A stretch of 64,000 bases of DNA from Phyllosticta citribraziliensis (Eukaryota), in the NCBI RefSeq assembly GCF_038025025.1, contig NW_027117346.1:868001-932000 (forward strand), read 5' to 3'. Shown here piece by piece: positions 48,526 to 59,209 of the stretch. Position numbers and translations under genes: made by a program. Positions within the stretch are counted from its first letter, which is position 1. Every line of letters begins with the position of its first letter. The notes under the pieces were generated by a model. It saw only the letters and a list, made by a program, of their open reading frames with translations. It made no database searches and was not told the DNA's origin.

Positions 48526-50818
48526 CTACTTGGCCCTATTCATCGGCCCCCAGTTGGCACGTGGATTCTGCTGATACCGGACCAACTTCTTGTCATCGCG
48601 GTCCTTGCCGAGCTTCTCGTCAAAGACGACGTCCATCTTATGCAGACGCTCCAGCTGCGATTCCTTCTCGACGCCCTGGGTCAGCGGTGCCGTCTCGTCG
48701 CTCTGAGCGGCCTTTTCGCCAGCCTCTTCTTCCTGTTCCTTCTCCTTTTCTTGCGCCGTCTCGTTGCTCTGATCGGCGTCTTTGCCAGCCTCTTCTTCCC
48801 TTTCTTTTTCTTGCTCCTCCTTTCCAGCCGCCGTCGTCGACTCGCCCTGCAAGCGGCGATTCTTCCACACCCCCCAGCCAGCCGTGCCCTCCTTGACGGC
48901 GCCCTCCTTGAACGGCGCCTTCTGCCGCACCCACTCGCGCATAATCTCCCACACAGCGGCCCACGGGGCGTCCGTCTTGATGGCGCCCGCGCGGCAGTGG
49001 GTGCGCGTTGTGCGGTAGCCGGCGTGGCGCAGGGCGCCCTTGATGGCCGCGCCCGACGGCGCCTGGCAGTGCAGCACGCGCGCGAGGCCGCTGATGTCGA
49101 AGAAGAAGGGGTGCGAGTCGGTCAGCGCCGGGTCGATTTGCGGAATGATGGGAGAGGGTTCTTCGGGCTTTGGTGTTTTTGATGACGGTATATATTGTGG
49201 CGCGGATGATGGGACGTAAGGGGATGCGGACTCAGCGGGCGAAAAGAGCGTTTCGTCGTGTGCGGTGCGCAGCATGCCTTCAATGCGCTCGGTCGTCGCG
49301 TACACCTCTTTGTCGAGGTCGGGGAGGTAGCCGAGAATCTTCTCAATGAAGGCTGGGTTGTGCAACGGTCCGCCGTACATGGGTCCGGCAATCTGAGGTA
49401 CAAGTCAGGTCACAAGAGTTCAATATTGACCTTTGTCCACTTACATGAGTCTTGAAACCGCAGTGCGGGCAGTTGGTGGGCGCAGAGGGACCTTGAGCCA
49501 TGCCGTACTTGTAAAACGGCCCCTTTTTGCCATGGACCGTGGAAGTCTTGCCAATGAATTGCGGCGTCCATGCTCCACAGCCCGAGTCGCAGTTGTATAC
49601 CAACATTGACTTGCCTGCCAGGAACTTGACATCCGCAGGACTCTTCTTTACTCTCACGAAGACTCTGGCGTAAAAGTCGATGGACAGGGAAAGCAGGGGC
49701 TCAATCGCGATTCCGTACTTGGCAGCGGTTGTGGCAATCGAGTGCAGGATGAGGCGCAAGCCGCCTTCATGAGCGTGATGACCCTTGACAGGGAGCCCGC
49801 CGTAGAGGCTGTACGCCTTCTCAGGGTAGCCAAATGAGTTGAAGACGCCGGCATCTGTGCATGTGACACACAAGAGACCACCGTCCGTGACTGCCTGCAA
49901 GGCGCCATCGAGGAATGGAACTGCCGAGCCATAGGGATCAAGGTCAATGACATGATATTTGGGCTGGGACGCGGTCGCAATGTCTTCTCCGACAAACTGA
50001 TACATGTGCGCGACGGCATTGCCAGCATTCGGCTTCACAACGTCCTCAACCTGGTTGTGGATGACGTTCAACTTCATGGCCCGAACAGCATCAGGAGAGA
50101 GATCATTGCCAGTAATTGAAGTGGCAAATGGTATTTCCTTTGCATATCGGAGAGCTCGGAGACCGGACGCGGAGAGCGCATCCAGAATGCGAAATGCAGG
50201 TTTCTTGGCGACGCCATTCGTAGAAGCATTCTGCTCCTCGCTGGCGGGTTGCTCTGTCCGCGGTTCTACGGCTGCAAGCAAATCTTGATCCTTCAGCACC
50301 GAGTCATCAAAGTTGGTGATCTCGCCACTGGATTTCTGTTGCTCACTGGCACCTGGTTCCGCCTCTGCCACTTCTGCCTCCTCTGCATTCTTCTCAGCCT
50401 CGTCGCCAGTACGCTGCCTCTTGTTTTCGTTACCAGTATGTTGTTCCTCATGTCCATCACCAACAGGCTTCCTCTTTTTGTTTGCCTTTGCCTTTGCCTT
50501 TCTTTTATCTTGCTGCTTCCGCTTGGCTTCCTTTTCGGCAAGGAAGGATTCGCCAAAAGCATAGATTGCGAGGACGCTGAGGTCGCGATTGAATTGCTGG
50601 ATGGGATTGTAAAAGACCTTTTGTCTTTCCTCGTCGGACTCGCCCTTATTGGCTTTCTTCGGGTCTGTCGAAGTTGCGGCGTTGGGCGGGACGAGAATGT
50701 GGGCCAGTCCTTCTCTCACGGTAGTATACTCTTTGCCCTCGTGTTGGATGCGTTGGCCAGCCTTGGGGGGGTCGGAGAGCGAGGCGGCAGGGGTGGTAGG
50801 TGCCGTGGCGCTTTCCAT
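48526..50818 (-). CDS. TRM1: tRNA (guanine26-N2,N2)-dimethyltransferase; 2 exons; possible non-AUG N-terminal extension to 50938
   Basis: VFYNPIQQFNRDLSV, ILDALSASGLRALRYAKE, IDLDPYGS, GGLLCVTCTD, DFYARVFVRV, CPHCG and IKTDAPW. Intron at 49393-49444. Confidence 0.95.
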
Positions 50819-51046
50819 GGTGGAAGCAGTCGAGCAAAAGTTTCTCGCGGCGGTGTTGTAGGACAAGCGTGGAATCTGGGCCGCTGGGATCACGTAGAAG
50901 CCGCGGGAGAAGCGCGGCAGGCGGCAGAGGAGAGCCAATGTTGGGACGTTGGCGCGTGGGCGGGCTTTGGGTATTCGGTGTGGATGGTGGTAGAGATGGT
51001 GACTTCACGGCGCATGGCAGACAGTCGACCGCGGTGAGGTGGAGAG

Positions 51047-51062
51047 TCCCAAAATTTTGGGA
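51047..51062. promoter_or_regulatory. 16-bp palindrome with RRPE-like AAAATTTT core upstream of TRM1
   Basis: TCCCAAAATTTTGGGA is its own reverse complement. Confidence 0.45.
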
Positions 51063-51466
51063 GCACGGTCCAGTCTGGTTCAGGTCCCCCCGGCCGGGAA
51101 GATCATCCGCGACGTGAGCTTATTTTAGTTGTTGCCGCCTATACGAAAATCCAGCATCTCACTACCATCCATCGGCTCCGTCGTCCAAAGAGGCTTCGTA
51201 TTTCCGCAGCCATTGGATTTCAACATGAGCTCCGTGCATAACACCTGATAGCGGGGTCTGGGACGGTGGCAGCCGCCGGGCCTAGCTATTTACAGCCTTT
51301 GTTGCCTGGTGGCTTGCTCACGGACTATCACCACGACCACGATAAATACTCGCCCCCAGCGCCTCACTCTCCTATTGCCTCCCTGTCATCGCTTGACTTC
51401 TTGCAGTCTTTCAGCTTGAACCTCTTTCGCATTGCGAATCATTCTTCCCTTCTTTGCAAGCTAAGA

Positions 51467-52754
51467 ATGGGCCGGCCCGCACCCCCTCCCGTCTACCGCG
51501 ACGACCCTGACGCTGTTTCTATGCACACTACGCGCGGCGACTATGAATACGACGATAGTCTCCAAGTAGACGATCAGCTGCCTGCGTACTCCGACCATGC
51601 AGGTCCCGTCTCAAAGTCAAACATCCCCAGCCAGGGACGAGCATCTCAGCTCCCCGAAGACGAGTACTCTGTGATTGAATGCGGCAACACTCAATACGCC
51701 TTCGGAAAACCGGTCAATACCAAGGCCGTGACTTTTCGGATCGATGAGCGTCTCACCGAGCCTTCGTGTCTCTTCAAGTATATTAGCGACGTTCTGACGG
51801 TGCTGCCGCCGAAGCCCCTCGTCCAAGTCCACGGCTATCACTGGCAGACGGTGCGCAAGGGCAACAAGAAAGAAAAGAAGCAAGTTGTCGACTTTGACAT
51901 CAAGCTCAACATGCAAAACTACCTGGGAGAGCCTACCCAGGACTGGTGCAAGCCAAGGACCGTTGGCAGCGCAGAAAAAGCTCTTCGTGGTGGTTTCAGG
52001 AAGACTGTTGCGAAGGATCCAAAAGGGGACTTGGAGGTCGGCGACTTGAAGCAGGATCTTTACGATTGGTGCAAAGAGTACTGCAACTCGAATCGGATGC
52101 TGAAGAGGTGCGCAAACCACATATCTGGTTCGGAAAGCCCACGCTGACATGAATGCTCCTTGTAGCTTCCGCATCAACCGCACCATCTCCGGTCTTGACA
52201 CCAACTTGATCCATCAACGCATTGAGGCTCTCATCCGGCAAACCAACTATCGTGGACACGTTCTCATCACTTTCCCGATCGAGAGCCGCGGCGTAGACAT
52301 TTACAACCCTCATCGCATCAACCGCTGGCGTACCACGCCCTGGATCCGCTGGATTTTCTACCTCTCTTTCCTTTGGCTGTTCACATGGCCACTGCTCTAC
52401 TTCTTCACTGCCCGTTGGGCCGTCTACACCGTCGACTGGCCCTTTAGTATCTCCATGTCGCAGTCACCGTCTGGCTCGGGACGCAACAACCGCAAGTGGG
52501 CGACTGTCAGCGAAGAGGCCTGGTTTCTGAAGCATCGGAAGCTCATTCGGCGCCTGGCGTTGTCGGGACACCAAGGCAATGCTGATGAGCTGGATTTGGA
52601 CGAGGAGTACGAGGAGCCGAGGGCAATCTCTGGTCGTTCAGGAAATGAGCATGTTGACACCGCTGTTGGCATTATCCAGGCTGGTGTCGCAGGATGGAAT
52701 GCTGTTCAAAGAGGCATGGGCCGGGACCCAGATGGATGGGGTGCTGACTGCTAA
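51467..52754 (+). CDS. Fungal hypothetical membrane protein; 2 exons
   Basis: Intron 52108-52165 (GTGCGC..CTGAC..TAG) joins two ORFs in frame (..LKS|FRINR..). It has an N-terminal LPAY motif, a Trp-rich TM segment WIRWIFYLSFLWLFTWPLLYFF, and ends GWGADC. Confidence 0.8.
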
Positions 52755-53507
52755 GACCAGACCTTCGCTGGAGGGCACCAAGGAGCATTCATAAGCTGTA
52801 CCATATTGTATGTACCATGACTTTTGCAACCGCAGCCTGATGCTTGTTCTTTTCTATTTTGTGAAACCAGATTCTTACCAAGGCATACGATGGTGCTTGG
52901 AAGGTACTGTTCAAATCTTCGCATCTCCAAGGACTCGCGTGAGAGAGGGCGAGCCGAATGGCCTGCCTTATGTCCGACCGGGAGTCCGACATTTCCGATT
53001 CCGAGAGCGAGAGCGAGGACCTGACGCTCCACCGCACGCATGTCTTGGACTTGCGGAGTCAGCCTTGATTGTGGATCGTGTCGGTAGCTTATTTGGACGT
53101 CGTCCAAGGCTTGTTGACGAAAGTCATGGGACATGCTACCAATTTCTTGGGTTGGAGTTTGAGTGCTCCCTACTCCCATCACTTGTAGATGCTTGAATAA
53201 TGCTCCTGATGACTTTGCAACAAGGTAGTATGAATGTCGGTCACCTCTGAGAGCAGAGTGCTCTTCGTACTGCAATGTTTGCAACTCAAGTTGGACGAAC
53301 GGTGGAACCGGAATGCAACCAGCAGGCGTTGATATTTACAACCTCAATACAAATGCAAGCAACAGCTTCAAGAACCCAACAATTCTCCGGCCATTCTCCC
53401 AGAAGTAAAATACAGCAAAACTCGCTAACTGCAGCGCAACAGGAGCAGCATCAGCTCAAAGTCCACCAACTCCTCCTTTGCATGAGAAGTATCCCAAAAT
53501 GTTCCGT

Positions 53508-55233
53508 CTAGTACCAAAGCGCCTTGTTCCAAAACAGGCTCTTGTCGTTAGCCAGGTCGTCGTCGGTGATGTACAAGGTGGTGTTGAAGCAAATCTGGTT
53601 GCCCTTGGTGTTGTTGTTGGCGTTGTACTTGGGCCAGAAGAGCTTGTCGTCGGCCCACTTAGTGTTGGGGTTGCCCGTCAGCACGAACGACATGAGGTAC
53701 TTTTGCATCTTGACCTGCATACAATCCCTTGTTAGTATACTTGTTTGCTTTGGTTGGAGTCAGAGTGGAGGAGGTCACTTACGGCAACGGTCGAGTCGAT
53801 CGAGCTGCTGCCACCCATGCCACCGCCCATGCCGCCGGCGCTGCTGGTCGAGTTGGACGAGGTGGAGTTGGAGGAGCTGGAGGACGACGAGCTGCTGCTG
53901 GAGGACAGCGAGTAGGTGGAGTACCCTAACCCAAAACATTAGCAGACAAATCTTTTTGGGGCGGCGAGAACGTCGTACAGTAGTAGCTCTGGTCAGTGCC
54001 GTGGGTGGCACTGTCCAAAGAGACCCTCGCGTTCCAGGTGTTGTTCTTCAGAGCGTGGGTCAGGGCAAGGTTCTTGCCAGTCAGGTCGAAGGACTGCTTC
54101 ATGTCGGCGAAACGAAGACCGGGGCTCTCGTAGTCGTCCTCGGGGTAAAGTTCGAGAAGCTCCTCGACGACGTCGTCGGTGATGGACGGGAAGAAGATGC
54201 GGAGCTCGGTCGAGACATCCTCGGTGGTGTTGACGCCCGAGTAGGCCTGGCTGTTGGCCTCGTGCTCCTCGTGCGAGATGACCAGGGGACCGCTGAAGTT
54301 GAAGTGGCCGGCGTAGAGGCTGGCCTCGTAGGTGTCGGCGACAATGTCACCATCAACGCGAGGCTGGAACTGGTAGGTGTAGGTGTCCTCGACATCCGTA
54401 GCGGCGTCGACCAGAGTGGTGAAGTTGACCTTGCGCATGCAGTCAAGGTTGCCACCCTCACAGCCAACAGTGGAAGAGACGTTCTGCCAGAACTGCTCGC
54501 CGTGGTGGTGGCCAGCGCCAGGGACGAAGCCAGGCGACATGATGTAGGCCTTGTTGAAGTTTTGCTCGGCGCGGCCAGCAAAGCGCGTCAGCTGGAACAT
54601 GACCTGGGAGCCACCGGCAGAGAAACCGACAGCCGTAATGTCATCCGGGTTGCCACCAAACTTGCTAATGTACTTCTTGGTCCAGGCAAAGGCGTGCTGA
54701 ACATCCCAGATGGCCGTGTTAGAGACACCACCCTGGTGGTTGTAAGTCGGGCCGTTGGCGAGACCAGTCATTCCGAGGCGGTAGTTGTATGCGACGAAAA
54801 CAAAGTCCTTGGTCAGGTCGAAGAGACCTTCAGGGGTGTTTTCAGACTTGCTGCCTCCAGTGAAACCACCACCGTAGGTCCAAACCATGACGGGAAGGTT
54901 CTTGCCCTCGCTGTTGGCGGGGGCCCAAACGTCCATGTACAGGCAGTCCTCTTCGGAGGAGCAGTCGACATCGGCATCGGCTAGGTCACCGGTGTTGACC
55001 TCGGTCTCGACAGGGGGCCACTGAGGAGCGGCCCAGCGAAGATCGCCAGTAGGAACAGCAGCGAAACGAATGTTTTGGTACTTGTAGTATCCAAGAGACT
55101 CATTACCGGCGGCTGCAATAATAGTGGAGTAGTCGAGAGTGACCGAAGGCAGAGTTGCGTTGGTAGTCGAAGTCGGGGCGGCCTGGCCAACGACGGCCAG
55201 GGAAGCGAGAGGAATGATACTCTGGACCTTCAT
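53508..55233 (-). CDS. Secreted type-B carboxylesterase/lipase; 3 exons
   Basis: Signal peptide, EDCLYMDVWAP signature, YGGGF oxyanion loop, nucleophile GFSAGG and His in ATHGTD. Introns at 53926-53978 and 53715-53782. Confidence 0.92.
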
Positions 55234-56714
55234 CGTGGTCTCAGTCGGGCAAAAGAGTGTGCTGAGGTTGATGGACCATGACTGCCGCGGAGCGACATTC
55301 TGCTCTTATAGATGGACAATCGAAAGTCGGCAGCTCCCGAGAGATTCACTGAGGGCGTGGATCGACGCGTCAGCGTGTGCTGGCGCAGTGTCCATGTGGT
55401 AAAGGCGAGCAACTTGACTTGGCTCTAGCGCTGGGGTTCAACAAGGCGTTGCATCTGTATACGCGGCTTCCGGTGCGGTGTAGACAAATCTCCGCAAGGG
55501 GAACGCATCATGTTCTAACCAAGTTAGCCCGTAACCGGAGCAGCGCACCCTCGGAATACCGAAGACCGCTAAACCAACGCGGCAGGTTCAGCCTCGTTGT
55601 GGCATGCGAACTCGACTGTACAGTGATGGCGAAGCAGGAGCCACAGAGCGATGCTGCGAATCTGGAAAATATACTTAGTTTCCCAAGCAAGGACGAGCCT
55701 TGTCCAGAAGCGCTATCAGGCGGGCCGAAGCCGGTGCCACGCTTGCTTGGAAACCGTCTCCTGTTTGTACTACTGTACAATGGTATTTGTGAAACACTTT
55801 TTGAAGCTCCTTTGCCTGTTCTTTGCGGTTGCAGTCAATTGAGTTGCTCATCACCATTCAAACAAACTTCAAAGACGATTAAAGAAGAGCCACTCGCCCA
55901 GTAAGTAGGGAAGACGGGTGGAAGAAGTAATCCACGAGTCGAGCGTTGGGGGTAAAGTAGATGAGATTCCTTGTCCGCGGCCTTCGCGTATCGCCACGGG
56001 TTGACCACAAGGTTCGCGACTGGGGGGCCGCATCGTGTCAATCACACGCCTTTCCAAAGCGGCATCGTCTTGGCTTCTAGTTTTTATGTAAATGTTGGAG
56101 GAAAAAAACAATTGATACTCGGAGATAGAAGGGCAGCTCGGGAGCCCGTGGTATGTCCTGGAGATGTTGCTCGGGTCCGAGTTGCCTCGGTGCTAACTCC
56201 GCTCGGAGTTGTTCGATGTCCGCCGCTTGGGCGGCGGTCACCAGTTCTGCCACTATCAACACACCATCGCCGAGATATATTCGATTCGGGGACTTTCTCC
56301 TGTTCTCCTGGTTTTGAAAGATTGCTTGCTGCACCCGAGGCAGGCGCTGTTGTCGAACTGATGGAGCACTGCGTGGGCGAAGCGATGGGAAAAGGGTCAC
56401 TCTTGAGCAGGCGGGACGGTATCGTGTCCATATTCCAGAGATCGATCCCGGAGAGGTCGATTGTGGAGCGCTCCTACGGTTGAAGTACACATATTCCCTC
56501 GACTTTCAATATAAACAAGTTGATCCTGTTGCTAAGATGAACAGGAATGCCAGAAGTCGGCCATATCTGCGTCTATGATCCCGTCAAGATCAAGAACGCT
56601 CCCTATGCGGTATCACCATAAAGTAGACCAAGTCCGAAACGCCCAGAGAAGAGAAACGCCGCTTGCTTTGGCGAATGAGTTGCACAGAAAGAGAAAACCA
56701 AAGAGAAAGAGGCC

Positions 56715-58819
56715 TCACATCTCGTCTTTCCACCGATCCGACTCCCACTTCCTGCAACGACCGAGTGAGTCTGTAAAGACGCATTGTTCCTGCAAAGATG
56801 GCGCCGGAGTTATAGTTGACGCTGGAGCCTCGGTGGGAGATGGGTCCACACAGATGAGACCGAACCATTCTTTGGAGCTGCAGCTTGTCGAAGTCGACGA
56901 TGCCGTGCTTGGAGCATTCGTTGGACTGTTACACCCAAACCAACCAGGACTTTCGCAACCGGCAGTCGAGGTAATCATTGCAGATGTCTGGGACGGCTCG
57001 GCCGTGGCCGTGGTGGTGGTGGTCGGATCATTGCAGCCGAACCAACCAGGGGTCTTGCAAGTTGACGTCGAAGAAGAAGATGTCGTAGTAGTTGGCGGCG
57101 TCGGCACTGTGGACGTTGTAATGATCGTGTGGGTCTTCTTGTCGTTGCATCCAAACCAACCAGGAGTCTCGCACGTGGTTGTCGTGATTGTTGTGTAGTA
57201 TGTCGTAGACGGGCCCGAAGTCGTGCTCTCATCAAGACAGCCCCACCAGCCCGGTGTTTTACACGTCTCAGTCCTCGTCCTCGTGGTCGTAGAGGAGCTA
57301 CTGGACGTCGTAGTTATGTCTGAGCCATTGCTTTCGAAGAACTTCCAGTTGTAGCAGTCAGTGCAGCCCGGATCTTGTCTGCACTCTGGAACGCTGTCAT
57401 ATTTTTCAATCACATCGTCGATGACTCCCCAGATTCGATGCGTTCCGGCACCAACTCTCCATCCAAGATCGCCGACTGTGTCGTATGTGCATTCGGATCC
57501 GGTATGACAGACGCTCTGCATCGAGTAGCCAGCAATGGTGCAGACCGAAGTGGCCGTATTACAAAGACCCATGTACATTGGATCCGCCGTATGGCCGAAG
57601 TGGTAGACTCCAGTATCGACACGATCTTGGTGACTCCCCAGATGATAATCCGGAGGCGTAGGAAGCCCGAGACGAGCTGCCGCCATGGCCTCACCCGGAG
57701 CTTCGAAAGTGATGACAGGAAGTCCGTATGTAAGGCCCAACAAGCTTCCAGTGGCACCACCAAGAGAGTGGCCGGATATCCATACGTCGGACTTCGGATA
57801 TAGGTCAGTCACATTGTGGTAAAGGTCCTTGACGGCGTAATAGTATCTGTTTTTCTCTCGCAGTTCCTGGACCAGACAGGTAGAGTTGCACGTATATGTA
57901 GACGTCATACAACTGCAAACCTGCCGCCACATGTACTGCCCTCCTTGACCACAACAACAACCGAAGAAGAGATTGTCGTTGACCTTGTCATTTGTGGTGG
58001 TTTCTGATCCATCGAAAACGGCCGGCGATGTACCCTTGAGGCCAATCACCACGGTGCGGTTCTCAGTGTCGGCAAATATGTGGCCGCGGAGGCCGTCGCC
58101 TTCCCATCCAAAGTCTTCGGTGTAGTTGAAGCCACCTTTTACCTGTGACCAATCAGCATGAATTCTTGACCTTTTCTGATCCACGCACATCTCTCCATTC
58201 TCCGGTCCCTGGCTCGGTGACATATGCGTCGGCAGCGATGCGCGCATAAGTCAGAACACTCTCTTTGTCTGTCACGTTGGGACCTTGAACTTCGTCTATG
58301 GTCCACGCAGACGCAGGCAACGACACGGCCTTTCCAGTAATACGTTTCGTATCTAGAATGTCGTCTATGGTCTCGGGTCGGCGATCAACAAGTCTTTGGA
58401 TATTCATCGGTTGCGACCTAGCGCGCAAACGTGACGGGTGATGGCGCCTGGAGCCATCATCGTTGGCAATCCACAGAGCAGTCTCGGGCGTTATGTCAAG
58501 CCGGCGGTGCAAGTTCGGATACTTGTGAGTGCCGTGGTGGAAGACGTGTTTTAGTTCCTAAAGCGGCAATCATATTAGCCCCGACCATTTCGTCATGACG
58601 ATTCGGTCCGAGGATACTCACAAAGGTCAGCTCCCTTGGCTGCAGGACTGGCGGATGATGCGCGGCCTCTGGAGGAAGGACTGGAAGTATAGGAATGCCA
58701 CGTTCCTCTTGGCCAAAAAGCGCGGCGTTGGCTGGTTGGGTCGCGGAGAAGGTGAGGAAGGATAAGAGGAGGTTGGCAGTCAGTCTGCCGGCGGAGGAGC
58801 AGTGGCGGCGGGACTTCAT
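56715..58819 (-). CDS. ATG15: Autophagy-related vacuolar lipase Atg15; 3 exons
   Basis: N-terminal signal anchor, [27 protein letters not shown], lipase GHSLGG and YHFGHTADP. Introns at 58558-58621 and 58143-58188. Confidence 0.94.
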
Positions 58820-59021
58820 GGCGGCGGTCATGATACGCAAGAGGAGGCAGGCATCACAGGACGCGGAAAAGCGAGGGCAGAGTCGCACGGATCGCGTTGA
58901 CGGGAGTCTTATAGCAGTCTGATGAGAGAAGGTGGCGGAGAGGCAAGCGGGTGGATGGATGGGAGCTAGGAGGAGAGCAGGAGCAGCTCGTACGGACTAG
59001 AGGGTCTCATATGACGACGGC

Positions 59022-59035
59022 GCTTATCGATAAGC
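59022..59035. promoter_or_regulatory. Palindromic double GATA site in the ATG15/VPS9 divergent promoter
   Basis: GCTTATCGATAAGC, with GATAAG on both strands. Confidence 0.55.
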
Positions 59036-59209
59036 TACATGTAGGAGCAGGCACCCAGGCACCCAGGCGCCCAGCGGGGGCGGCGGAGGCGCCATGACAA
59101 CCATCGCCCGCAAAGTGCCGGTACCTAGCTCTCCATAACCTACTCACGATCCATTCCCACGACTTTCAGACATGGTCTTCACCCCCCTCATTCTCTAGCC
59201 ATCGCCGTC

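Noticed and set aside
52751..53284. 177-aa minus-strand ORF between the hypothetical gene and the carboxylesterase
   Set aside because: No recognisable motif, and it overlaps the expected 3' UTRs.
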